Source: a virus. Taken from it: a DNA stretch of 64,000 nucleotides. The translations under genes and the position numbers were made by a program. The number at the start of each line of letters is the position of its first letter. The stretch's first letter is position 1. The stretch lies in the IMG/VR virus record IMGVR_UViG_3300035670_000149, positions 1 to 64,000 of that record. The stretch is one strand, 5' to 3'. Under the pieces are notes generated by a model, which saw only the letters and a list, made by a program, of their open reading frames with translations, was not told the DNA's origin and did no database searches. Positions 17,110 through 26,256 of this stretch are shown in pieces.

Positions 17110-17972
17110 TATGTGCTTAAATAAAGTCTTCCTAACGTTCCAGCATTTCCAGCAGTTCCTCTCACAGGATCGGATGGATTTCCAACAGTTCCTCTAGATC
17201 CGCCAAGATTTGATGGAGATGTTACTGTGGGATGCACATAAGAACTTCCGCCACCGCCACCTGTTGCAGCAAGACAACAAATATCTGGACCACCTTGACC
17301 TCCCCAATATCCAGAACCCCCGCCAGATCCTCCACCATAACCAGCACCAGGTCCTCCTTGTAAAGGCCAAACAGTATAACCAGGACCACCACCGTTAGTT
17401 GATTGATAACCACTACCAGGTTGCCCCGATGTTCCACCTCCAGCTCCTGCTACCTGCCCTCTGCCACCATCATCAGAATCTGTTGCGCCTCCGCCACCGG
17501 CAACTACCCTCGCATTGGCCTGCGAAACTGATGAAGCAAAAACTCCATACGCGCCGCCACCAAGAGAAGGTCCAACAACCCCAAAATTTGAATTCATAAT
17601 TAAAGTATCTCCCGTGGTTCCTGGCAAATACCCACCAGCAAACCCTCCAGCTCCAGATGGATATCCTTGATTTGGTTGTCCACCACCACCCCAAGCCCTA
17701 ATTCTAAGATTATATGGTCCCTGAGCAACAAAAGTATGTTGAACTGTTGGTTGAAAACTCAGAGCCCCGTTAGTTACAAAACTCCATGTGCCTGGACCAG
17801 AAATTGTTGCTGGAACTGTAAAAGTATCTGAAATTGCGGAAGAAAAAACTTGTCTCCAGGTCCCAGCGTCTTTAATATGAACTGTAGAGGAACTTCTCCA
17901 AACTCCACCATCTTTTACATGAATACCAGTTGCGGATCTCCAGGTTCCTCCGTCTTTAATTTGCGTTGCCAT
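17109..17972 (-). CDS. Glycine-rich virion protein
   Basis: N-terminal KDGGxWR repeats; WGGGG, GGGSGYWGG, GGGGGSSY. Confidence 0.7.
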   Translation of the reverse strand: MATQIKDGGTWRSATGIHVKDGGVWRSSSTVHIKDAGTWRQVFSSAISDTFTVPATISGPGTWSFVTNGALSFQPTVQHTFVAQGPYNLRIRAWGGGGQPNQGYPSGAGGFAGGYLPGTTGDTLIMNSNFGVVGPSLGGGAYGVFASSVSQANARVVAGGGGATDSDDGGRGQVAGAGGGTSGQPGSGYQSTNGGGPGYTVWPLQGGPGAGYGGGSGGGSGYWGGQGGPDICCLAATGGGGGSSYVHPTVTSPSNLGGSRGTVGNPSDPVRGTAGNAGTLGRLYLST

Positions 17973-17978
17973 ATCTTA

Positions 17979-18677
17979 TCAAACCAAATAAGGACCAGAT
18001 GGTTGTGGTGGATAAAAATCCCTTGCAGAAATCATTGATCGAGTATAAGGTGATACATCACCAATAATTTCTGGCAAATCTCTAAGTTGTTGTCTATACT
18101 GCTTAATTTCAGTAGTGAGTAATTTTCCAGTTTCAGTTGCCTGAATAACAAGATAATCTGTATTTTTTAGAAGAAGATCTCTTGTTCCTCTCAAAATGTT
18201 CCATTTTTCAGTATTCAATTCTTCATCAGTAAATCTTGTTATTTCATATACTTTAGTGATGGTTAACTTCTTATGATCAAGAATCCATTGATCATCTGGT
18301 TTTGTTGCCTTGATTTTAATAGTATCTTCATCACCAACATCTGGTTCAACTACTTTATAAGTTTTCCAAGTAATTGAAATTGTTTTATCATCATCACTAA
18401 TTGCCCACTCTTTAATAGGATTTTTGATATAAAATTCTTTATCATTTGCTGTTGGCACATCATTAGCATTGGTGATTCTTCTCCAACTCTCATTATAATA
18501 CAAATAGTCATCATCAACAAATGCACCGTTGTCATAAATCCAACGAGGATGCATTCTTTCTGTATTATAATTAGTTACATATTTTTGTCTTTCTTGACTC
18601 TGATTCCATTCATCAGTTAGTTCTGGAAGAACATCAGGAAACCAATACTTTTTGTCTGTTTCTTCTACCCAACTCAT
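17979..18677 (-). CDS. Tail fibre assembly chaperone-like protein
   Basis: C-terminal WNILRGTRDLLLKNTDY...YRQQLRDLP. Confidence 0.7.
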   Translation of the reverse strand: MSWVEETDKKYWFPDVLPELTDEWNQSQERQKYVTNYNTERMHPRWIYDNGAFVDDDYLYYNESWRRITNANDVPTANDKEFYIKNPIKEWAISDDDKTISITWKTYKVVEPDVGDEDTIKIKATKPDDQWILDHKKLTITKVYEITRFTDEELNTEKWNILRGTRDLLLKNTDYLVIQATETGKLLTTEIKQYRQQLRDLPEIIGDVSPYTRSMISARDFYPPQPSGPYLV

Positions 18678-18688
18678 TGTTTTTATCC

Positions 18689-19912
18689 TTAGTAGATGTA
18701 GTATATATCTCCGTCAGATCCACCAGTAGGAGATCCTCCAGATTGTACAGTTCTATTTCCTATCGCATTTTTCCCAATAGCAGCACCAATTGATCCAACA
18801 GTCATAATACCAGCGATTGACAAATGAGTACCACTAATTGTGACTCCAGTTCCGACCTGAATCTGAGAAGAACCGCCTCTCATTGTAATTGCACTTCCAA
18901 CCTGAACAACATCACTATTACCATTCAAAGTTATTGAACTTCTGCCAATGGTCAGAATTCCAATAACTCTAGCATTTCCATCAACCAATAACGCAGTTGT
19001 ACCAATACCAATGGTTACCGTACCCATACCTGCTGAGGTATTGAAAGTAGATACCCCAGACACCGTAATCGTATTTGAAGTTACGCTTGCTAGTGTTGAA
19101 AATCCAGTAACTCTGAAGTGTGTTGAATTGGACTGAGTAAAAGTTGTAATACCAGATACATTTAGATTTCCACTCAATGTAGACATACCAGAAACTACAA
19201 GAGTGCTGGTACTTACATTATCAGTAGCAGCAATTCCAGTAAGTGCAGATCCATCTCCACTGAAAGAATTTGCTGTGATGATACCAGTAACATTTAGATT
19301 TGTTCCAGTTACTCCTACACCAAGAAATCCGCTAACAGATGTGGAAACTCCGGCAGTTGATGCATATGTTGCAATGCCTGCACTAACCGCGACAGAAGCA
19401 ATGCCCGCACGAACTGCTTCAGTTGCAATACCTGCTCTAGTCGCTTCGGTGGACATTCCAGCACGAACTGCTTCAGTTGCAATACCTGCTCTAGTCGCTT
19501 CGGTGGACATTCCAGCACGAACTGCTTCAGTTGCAATACCAGCTTTAATGGTAGATTGAACAGTGGCATTTAATAATCCACCAACTGAGAGATCACCAGA
19601 GACTTGGAAATTTCCTCTTACGACTTGATCACCATCGCCATTCAGAACATCAGCAACTACAAAATTTTCATGTATGACAAACTCAATAACATCATTTTGA
19701 TTTGCTGGAGTAATTAGAGTTATTGTTGCCCCATCTAATGCAACAAAATCTCTTTGTCCAACTAACTTCACACCATTACGATATACATCAATGGCATTGA
19801 TATTATAACCACCACTAGGCAAAAAATCTACCTGTCCAGCAGTGGCTAACACTGATAATCTTATATTATTTTGGGTTCCAGTAAAACTAGATTGTTGTCC
19901 TAGGTATCCCAT
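18689..19912 (-). CDS. Tail fibre-like virion protein
   Basis: DVYRNGVKL domain, beta-repeats, C-terminal SPTGGSDGDIYY. Confidence 0.75.
   Translation of the reverse strand: MGYLGQQSSFTGTQNNIRLSVLATAGQVDFLPSGGYNINAIDVYRNGVKLVGQRDFVALDGATITLITPANQNDVIEFVIHENFVVADVLNGDGDQVVRGNFQVSGDLSVGGLLNATVQSTIKAGIATEAVRAGMSTEATRAGIATEAVRAGMSTEATRAGIATEAVRAGIASVAVSAGIATYASTAGVSTSVSGFLGVGVTGTNLNVTGIITANSFSGDGSALTGIAATDNVSTSTLVVSGMSTLSGNLNVSGITTFTQSNSTHFRVTGFSTLASVTSNTITVSGVSTFNTSAGMGTVTIGIGTTALLVDGNARVIGILTIGRSSITLNGNSDVVQVGSAITMRGGSSQIQVGTGVTISGTHLSIAGIMTVGSIGAAIGKNAIGNRTVQSGGSPTGGSDGDIYYIY
19407..19540. repeat. 54-bp perfect tandem repeat (~2.5 copies)
   Basis: Copies start 19407, 19461, 19515; encodes AGIATEAVRAGMSTEATR. 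Confidence 0.9.
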
Positions 19913-19920
19913 GTTATCGT

Positions 19921-19936
19921 TTTTTAGTTATTTATC
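19921..19936 (-). promoter_or_regulatory. T4-type late promoter
   Basis: GATAAATA-ACTAAAAA. Confidence 0.7.
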
Positions 19937-20257
19937 ATCTCCAACATCAAAAGAAATCACATCAGATCCTTCAAGACCACAAAAAGGAACTGTATCAGCA
20001 GCAAAAATCATATCTTCACCATAAGAACTCAAATAATTTGGAAATTCAAAAATACCAGTTGCATTATCAGTTTCGGGAAACTCAATGACTTTATCTTCAA
20101 GATCTAGATTATCAATATAATCCATAATATCTGAGATCATTCTCCATTTTGCTTCAGTTTCATACTGTTCATGGTCTCCGAGATTGAATTGCCCCAGATT
20201 TGCATGAAAATTGTAATGAGTTTGAAGATAGGACTTAAGTTTTTCGTATTTAGACAT
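19928..20257 (-). CDS. Hypothetical protein
   Basis: 109 aa acidic ORF. Confidence 0.6.
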   Translation of the reverse strand: MSKYEKLKSYLQTHYNFHANLGQFNLGDHEQYETEAKWRMISDIMDYIDNLDLEDKVIEFPETDNATGIFEFPNYLSSYGEDMIFAADTVPFCGLEGSDVISFDVGDDK

Positions 20258-20259
20258 AA

Positions 20260-20943
20260 TTACCTCGCAGCATCTTTTGCACAGTGAGCACGTTGTCCAT
20301 CAGCAAGAACATAATGGAAGAAAATTTGATGATAGTACGTATCATCATTTCTCCTCTTCCATCTACCTATTATATTGCCTTTATGTCTAGATGGCAAGGG
20401 ATCTCTCCAGTGTGGTCGTTCACACCCTTTGTACAACAAACCATCTCCTGGTTCCAAACAAAGGGATCTCTCTTCTCCACCAACAGTTTTGATTTTGAAT
20501 GGCCAGCATTCTTCTAAATTAGTGCTAACATGAACACTTACAGAAATTTCGCAAGCATCACGATCGGCATGTCTTTTTAGTTCTTGCCCAGCAAAATAAA
20601 ATCTATCATAGTAATACGTATTATACAACTTACGTCCAATTATTTCCTCTAATTTCAAACGAATACCAGAATGAACTTCTCTGTATTGGGGATGAGTATA
20701 AGTTGCAATAGAACCTTCTACCTGTTCTTCTAATGGAATATGCTGATATTGATCTAAATTTTTTCCCCAGAAGTTTATTTGCCCTCTGATCTCAGGAACT
20801 GACCTATGCAAATCAATAGAATTCCAAAGATTTTTAATAACTAAGTATCCATCATTTTCAAATTGATCATTTCGAGTCCACGCAGTTCCTGTGTTTTGTC
20901 GTTCTTGCCATAGCAATTGCTCTTCTGTCATTTTTTCTGCCAT
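20260..20943 (-). CDS. 2OG-Fe(II) oxygenase
   Basis: LKRHADRDACEISVS, PGDGLLYKGCERPHWR, QIFFHY. Confidence 0.85.
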   Translation of the reverse strand: MAEKMTEEQLLWQERQNTGTAWTRNDQFENDGYLVIKNLWNSIDLHRSVPEIRGQINFWGKNLDQYQHIPLEEQVEGSIATYTHPQYREVHSGIRLKLEEIIGRKLYNTYYYDRFYFAGQELKRHADRDACEISVSVHVSTNLEECWPFKIKTVGGEERSLCLEPGDGLLYKGCERPHWRDPLPSRHKGNIIGRWKRRNDDTYYHQIFFHYVLADGQRAHCAKDAAR

Positions 20944-20951
20944 AATTTACC

Positions 20952-21572
20952 TCACTTCCAGCGGGGTCCAACCGTCCATCCAACAAGGGATTTGCGGGTT
21001 CCTTTTGTAACTTTTAGAACTCTATGTTGTGTGCGAGAATCAAATAGAATTACAGTGCCACGCTTACGGGGAGCAATATAACTATTCCCTGCTTCATCAA
21101 GCAGTTGTAAGTTTCCACCTTCATAATCATCAGGGTCACTCAACTGAACTACAAATGAAAGTTTACGAACCATTTCAATTTTTTCATTAAAATAATCCTG
21201 TGCCAAACCTTCAGCACGATTTCCAACTGCTACTGGTTTGTATTGAGTCGAAAGTCCTGCGTCATTATGCCAACCATAGAACTGTCCCTCAGTATATTTT
21301 GTAAACTGCATTGATTCTCCATCAATACAGTGAAGGTCATAAAGGAAGTTCTCACGATTTGCTCTTTGAATATAATGCCACACAAATCCACCAACCCAAT
21401 GAGTGGTAGGAATCCAGGCGTTTTGTGAGTTTCTTTTTTCTTTATTGAGAGCATCTCCATGAAGTTTGGAGTCTGCCATTTGCTCATCAAACTTTTCTGT
21501 AAGATCTCGTTCGATGATGTGTACAACATCATCTGGTAGATCACTAAAATACCAAACTGATTGAAATGCCAT
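20952..21572 (-). CDS. 2OG-Fe(II) oxygenase (PKHD/P4H-like)
   Basis: YGWHND, RKLSFVVQLS, YEGG, HRVLKVTKGTRKSLVGW. Confidence 0.9.
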   Translation of the reverse strand: MAFQSVWYFSDLPDDVVHIIERDLTEKFDEQMADSKLHGDALNKEKRNSQNAWIPTTHWVGGFVWHYIQRANRENFLYDLHCIDGESMQFTKYTEGQFYGWHNDAGLSTQYKPVAVGNRAEGLAQDYFNEKIEMVRKLSFVVQLSDPDDYEGGNLQLLDEAGNSYIAPRKRGTVILFDSRTQHRVLKVTKGTRKSLVGWTVGPRWK

Positions 21573-21587
21573 ATGTAAAAAGTTAAA

Positions 21588-22313
21588 TTAAGTTTGCTTC
21601 CACAGTGAAGAAAATGGGCACTTACCGTTTTCAGATCTTTTGGTTCTTTCTTTGATCAGATTCCATGAATGAAAAGGGTGCCATTTTTTTAGTTCATTAT
21701 TTTGAATGACTTTTTTTGATATTTCCTCTGACACCTCTTTTTTGACCAACTTTATCATTATATCATGTTGATTCTTTTTTGTAAATCTAACATTGCATAA
21801 TGGCGATCCTCTGTCAAGAAATATTTCTTCATCTTTCTTTTTTAGAAGAACTCCAATATTTATTGGTCTCTCCCAACAAGATACTGGAAAAGTTCCAGAT
21901 ATTAAATCCAACCCTTTAGAAGTTAATGATGAATGGGGAATTTGCTCAATCCAAAGATCTTCTTCTTCAGTCCAAAACAAAAAGGATAAAAGCATTTGAA
22001 ATTCTGGAAATTCCCCATTATTCCAATCTGAATGAATTTGAAAATAACGATCAAAATTACTCTGCGAATTAAAATCTGCATTCAAAAAATTAGAATTTGA
22101 ATTGTACTTTATTTTCAGAGGAAATTGTTGATATAATGTAAAGGTATTTTTGTAATATTCTTTCCAACCAGGACATTTAGAATGTTGATATCTAGAATCA
22201 TAATCTGAAGTATACTTTTGAGGTGAAATAAAATAATCTTCAGGAAGACAATTTCTATTTTCTGGATCAAAGGATCCAATAGAATAATCATAAAATACTT
22301 TTACAGTTTTCAT
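21588..22313 (-). CDS. Hypothetical protein (KCP...RGSPL family often found beside phage oxygenases)
   Basis: HSKCPGW, ISGTF, LDRGSPL, terminal KCPF. Confidence 0.5.
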   Translation of the reverse strand: MKTVKVFYDYSIGSFDPENRNCLPEDYFISPQKYTSDYDSRYQHSKCPGWKEYYKNTFTLYQQFPLKIKYNSNSNFLNADFNSQSNFDRYFQIHSDWNNGEFPEFQMLLSFLFWTEEEDLWIEQIPHSSLTSKGLDLISGTFPVSCWERPINIGVLLKKKDEEIFLDRGSPLCNVRFTKKNQHDIMIKLVKKEVSEEISKKVIQNNELKKWHPFHSWNLIKERTKRSENGKCPFSSLWKQT

Positions 22314-23278
22314 AATTTTTGAAAAAAATCAAATACTTTTTTTGGTGGTTCTACTTCAAACTTTTTGATTTTATTGGAAAGAGATTGATATGCACCATCA
22401 TTCAAAATAAGATCTTCATTGATGACAAAATCGATAGATTCTACTCTTTCGTGCAGTAATCTCAATTTTTTATAAAGATTACTGGGAGTTTCTAATAAAT
22501 CTAAAGAAAGAAACTGATATGTGAGAAATTTTTTTTCATCCGTTAGTAAGTCATCTGAAAAAATTTCTTCCAAATATTTCATACCTTGATTCCATTCTTC
22601 TCCTTTATCACTTGGAGCATAATGTTTATGAACATCTTGTTCTATTAGGTTACTTACTTTTTTATGAATATTTCCCTCATCATAAAATTTTACTTTAGAC
22701 CCACAAAAACCAGCATACACAACTGTGCTGCAAAATATTGGAAAATATAAAGTTTTTGCTTTTTTTATGAGTCTTATTAGTTGATCCCCCCAGGAATCGT
22801 CATGTTGTCTGTGAGATATTTTATAAAGATTTTTTGGTATTGCTGATTTCCAAAAGTCTATATCTGATGGGAAAGAGATGTAATATGTTTTATCATCAAG
22901 AGAAAGATTGCCTAAGGATGTTATTATATCATGCTTTTTCTCTTCTGCCAACTCGGTGCTCCAATCTGATCGTGGCAAAAACACAATATCAACTTTTTCT
23001 TCCTCTTTGTAAGAAACTTTATTAAGTTCAAGACCATAGCAAAATGGACTTACACCAAATATCGCATCGTCTGGTATTTTTTTTATTACTTGGTTTCCCC
23101 AAAAATATTTGGGAGGATTATACATGATATAATCATAATCCCAATTTTGAAAAAAATTTTCTTTTGCTATCCCAGGAGTAATTTCATATTTTAAGGAATG
23201 TGTTACACCAGTCCAATTATCCAAATATAATTTCTGACCGTACGCTGGATGATTGGTAATAAAATTTTGCTTTTTCAT
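22310..23278 (-). CDS. Putative glycosyltransferase-like protein (paralog of 10969..11967)
   Basis: Shared blocks: GxSPFxY, FLPxxD, YFPxFxSxxxYAxxxGxxVxxYDxG, FLxxxxxETP. Confidence 0.45.
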   Translation of the reverse strand: MKKQNFITNHPAYGQKLYLDNWTGVTHSLKYEITPGIAKENFFQNWDYDYIMYNPPKYFWGNQVIKKIPDDAIFGVSPFCYGLELNKVSYKEEEKVDIVFLPRSDWSTELAEEKKHDIITSLGNLSLDDKTYYISFPSDIDFWKSAIPKNLYKISHRQHDDSWGDQLIRLIKKAKTLYFPIFCSTVVYAGFCGSKVKFYDEGNIHKKVSNLIEQDVHKHYAPSDKGEEWNQGMKYLEEIFSDDLLTDEKKFLTYQFLSLDLLETPSNLYKKLRLLHERVESIDFVINEDLILNDGAYQSLSNKIKKFEVEPPKKVFDFFQKL

Positions 23279-23293
23279 AACAAAAATAGTAGT

Positions 23294-23770
23294 TTAACCG
23301 TTGTCTGCCTCTGCTTCTTCTTGGGTTCTAGTTGGTGCTATGTAATATTCAGATTCAGGATCAGTGTCACCTGTTGGAACCATAGATTCTCTATATACAA
23401 CCCACGAAGTAGTTTCTTCATCCCATTCATATAATTTATACGTGGTTTGTATTCCTATTGGTCCACCAAGAACCACAAAAACTTCTTGTGGTTTTTGAAC
23501 GGGAGGTTCCCATTCGATTTTATCTCTATTCAGAACCCAACTTGGATATGGAGAATCAGGAATAAACTGATTCAGTTCACTATCATAAGTTATACCAATT
23601 CCACATGGTCCAGGCATATCATCATCTCTGTAATTAGTATATTCAATCCAACTTGAAGGATCTCCAGACTTTCCAGAAAGTATCCAAGACTCAGTAGCAA
23701 CTGTGATCTCAACAACCTTTTTGGTTTTTGGATCAATTTTTGCCCAATTTTTAGGTTTTTCCTGTGTCAT
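23294..23770 (-). CDS. Fibre-associated hypothetical protein
   Basis: GIGITYDSELNQFIPDSPYPSWVL..WEPPVQKP..YEWDEETTSW. Confidence 0.6.
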   Translation of the reverse strand: MTQEKPKNWAKIDPKTKKVVEITVATESWILSGKSGDPSSWIEYTNYRDDDMPGPCGIGITYDSELNQFIPDSPYPSWVLNRDKIEWEPPVQKPQEVFVVLGGPIGIQTTYKLYEWDEETTSWVVYRESMVPTGDTDPESEYYIAPTRTQEEAEADNG

Positions 23771-23774
23771 TTTA

Positions 23775-24821
23775 TCAAAGTTTTGTAATATTCGTTTTCA
23801 CGACAAACCATGCAGCACCATTACTACCTGAGGTATATGATGATCCATTCCCCGGAGTTCCTCCACCACCTGCGGCATAACTACTGGCGGCCGCGCTGGC
23901 AGCACCACCACCAGATCCTCCCGGGGTTCCAGATGGAGAGGCGGCACCAGGAACAAAAGTGCCATAACAATAACCATCAGGTCTTTGAGTTCCTTGACAG
24001 TAAGAAGGACCAGGGGTCCCGCCACCGCCGGCACCACCACCTCCGATTGCTTCAGGAGTCGGTAGCGTAATAGTAAATCCCGAACCTCCTGCGCCACCAC
24101 TACCATTGGCATTCATTCCACCGCCGCCTCCTCCAGTACAACCAACCGGGGTTGCGTTAGATGTTCCTCCACCAGATCCTCCTTGCGATCCTGGTCCAGG
24201 AGATGCATTAAATCCAGCTCCTCCACCACATCCACCAGGTTGACCATTGCCTCCATTAGTACCACCTCTACCACCACCAGTAGCAGTTCTTCCAAAAAAG
24301 GATGTATTGCCACCATTTGCACCAGAACCGCCGCCGCCACCAATGGTTAGTGTTTGAGAATATGAACTAACAAAACCCACAAAACCACCGCTAGCATTTT
24401 TAGAAATTGGTGAGATTGTATTATTTGATTTTATAAAGGAAAATTGTGGAGCAGTTAGATCACTATTTCGCGTGGGAGCTGGTGTTATTGGACCATTTCC
24501 AACAAATCCTCCAGCTCCTCCTCCACCATGAGCACCGGACCCACCTCCTGCGCTAATAAAATATTCAATAGAATTGGATCTAGAACTAACTCTAGTAGAA
24601 TTACCAATTACATCGTCTGCATGTCTTGAGACATATCCAGTTCCATTGGAAACTTTCCAATTTACAGTAGTATTAGACGTTGCCTTAAAATATGAATTGC
24701 CACCAGAAGACCCCAAAGAAGATGAAGGGGAGTCAATTCTAAAATCAAACACTCCACCAGTTTCAAATCTTCCACTCAATCTATTCTGAGATCTGAGTCT
24801 TCTATATTTTTTATTTGACAT
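23775..24821 (-). CDS. Glycine-rich virion protein
   Basis: AGGGSG, GGGGAGG, ATGGGRGG motifs. Confidence 0.7.
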   Translation of the reverse strand: MSNKKYRRLRSQNRLSGRFETGGVFDFRIDSPSSSLGSSGGNSYFKATSNTTVNWKVSNGTGYVSRHADDVIGNSTRVSSRSNSIEYFISAGGGSGAHGGGGAGGFVGNGPITPAPTRNSDLTAPQFSFIKSNNTISPISKNASGGFVGFVSSYSQTLTIGGGGGSGANGGNTSFFGRTATGGGRGGTNGGNGQPGGCGGGAGFNASPGPGSQGGSGGGTSNATPVGCTGGGGGGMNANGSGGAGGSGFTITLPTPEAIGGGGAGGGGTPGPSYCQGTQRPDGYCYGTFVPGAASPSGTPGGSGGGAASAAASSYAAGGGGTPGNGSSYTSGSNGAAWFVVKTNITKL

Positions 24822-24849
24822 TTTAGATACCAGTCTAAACTAAAATTAG

Positions 24850-25230
24850 TCAGTCTTCAATAGATTCGTAAGAAGCAACTACATCAATAACGTTAGAAGC
24901 AGTAACAGATTGCACAACTAACGATTGATCTTCTGTAATATAAACGCCAGATGCTCTATCGAGAACAACAAGAGAAGTTCCAGTATCGATACCTACATTT
25001 TTCTGAATATAACGTGTTGTCCCACCCCCCGCAGCTTTATCATTCATACCAACATGAACATAGTTAGTTCCTGAATTAGCGGTGTTTGCTACGATTAAAC
25101 TAGTAACTTTATAAGATGCACCGCTTGAACCGGGATTGCTTATAATACTTGTTTGGTTAGTATTTGATAATGTAGTAAAAGTAGTTACTCCTACCAGAGT
25201 TGTAATTCCAACAATATTTGGTGCAGCCAT
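24850..25230 (-). CDS. Virion structural protein
   Basis: MAAPNIVG...IVAN...SYE family. Confidence 0.65.
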   Translation of the reverse strand: MAAPNIVGITTLVGVTTFTTLSNTNQTSIISNPGSSGASYKVTSLIVANTANSGTNYVHVGMNDKAAGGGTTRYIQKNVGIDTGTSLVVLDRASGVYITEDQSLVVQSVTASNVIDVVASYESIED

Positions 25231-25265
25231 GATTTTTAAAGAGAATTAGTTGTAGAGTCTTTGGT

Positions 25266-25273
25266 TATTTATA
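25266..25273 (-). promoter_or_regulatory. T4 late promoter (exact TATAAATA)
   Basis: Plus-strand tatttata. Confidence 0.75.
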
Positions 25274-25274
25274 T

Positions 25275-25523
25275 CTATGCTCGGTAATAATTTCCAAAGA
25301 GCATACCCCAAGCAATATTTGCTGATATTGATGTTGCAGATCCTCCAATTCCTGTCAGATTAGAACCATCACCACTAAATTGAGTTGCTGTGATAATGCC
25401 ACTGACATTGATATTGCCATTTACAGTTAGCTGTTGCCCACTTGGTATGATAGCTCCTTTTTCAAAGATTACCGCACCATCATTATTAGAATTTACTAAC
25501 GTATCTACTTTGATTACAGACAT
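25275..25523 (-). CDS. Small fibre-like protein (paralog 1 of 3)
   Basis: MSVIKVD..GAIIPSG..GIITATQFSGDGSNLTG. Confidence 0.7.
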   Translation of the reverse strand: MSVIKVDTLVNSNNDGAVIFEKGAIIPSGQQLTVNGNINVSGIITATQFSGDGSNLTGIGGSATSISANIAWGMLFGNYYRA

Positions 25524-25524
25524 T

Positions 25525-25749
25525 TTAAACCCTCACCAAAACGCGAGCTAGACTTGCAGACTGTAGCACAACAGGTATATTAGTTATACCTGCTCCAGAT
25601 CCAACAAATGATGTTGCAGTTATAATTCCTGAAATTGAAAGATCTCCATCTGCAGAAAGAGTTTGTCCAGATGGAATAGTTGCTCCCAAAGAAACAATTA
25701 CTGGACCACCAGTTTTTGATTGTATAGAGTCAACTTGAATTTGTGACAT
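25525..25749 (-). CDS. Small fibre-like protein (paralog 2 of 3)
   Basis: MSQIQVD..GATIPSG..GIITATSFVGSGAGIT. Confidence 0.7.
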   Translation of the reverse strand: MSQIQVDSIQSKTGGPVIVSLGATIPSGQTLSADGDLSISGIITATSFVGSGAGITNIPVVLQSASLARVLVRV

Positions 25750-25752
25750 TTT

Positions 25753-25983
25753 TTAAACACTCCCTGTTACAAATGGTAGTCCAATTGCAATAGATCTTGG
25801 TATGCCCAAAATTCCAGTAAGTGCAGATCCATCTCCATGAAATTCTGTAGCAGTACAAAAACCTACATTTGCATTTAGAGATCCGTCGATTCTTTGTCCC
25901 AATGGAATTGTTAATCCACTAGAAAGTTCAATAGGACCATCATTGGCAAAATTAACAATACCGTTTACTTTTAGTTGTGACAT
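25753..25983 (-). CDS. Small fibre-like protein (paralog 3 of 3)
   Basis: MSQLKVN..GLTIPLG..TATEFHGDGSALTG. Confidence 0.7.
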   Translation of the reverse strand: MSQLKVNGIVNFANDGPIELSSGLTIPLGQRIDGSLNANVGFCTATEFHGDGSALTGILGIPRSIAIGLPFVTGSV

Positions 25984-25988
25984 AATTT

Positions 25989-26228
25989 TCAGATAACAGT
26001 AAAGGTAACTCCAGCACTAACATTAATTGTTCCAATTCCTGATACAGCAACTGGACCAACCATCATATAATTGTAATTACTGTTAGCAAGAGACACAGGA
26101 GAAGTGACTAACTTTATGTTGGAAAATGCAACAGCGGATACAATACCAACATTAAGTTCATCATTAAGAGACACTTCTTGAAGTTGTCCAGCACTATCAT
26201 TGTAAATAATAGGATTTCTTTGTGCCAT
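25989..26228 (-). CDS. Small virion structural protein
   Basis: NYMMVGPVAV..VTFTVI C-terminus. Confidence 0.6.
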   Translation of the reverse strand: MAQRNPIIYNDSAGQLQEVSLNDELNVGIVSAVAFSNIKLVTSPVSLANSNYNYMMVGPVAVSGIGTINVSAGVTFTVI

Positions 26229-26256
26229 AACTCTGACTATTTGACTTTATTTATTA

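Noticed and set aside
17109-17972. Collagen-like protein as hydroxylase substrate
   Set aside because: No sustained Gly-X-Y periodicity; these are polyglycine-type domains
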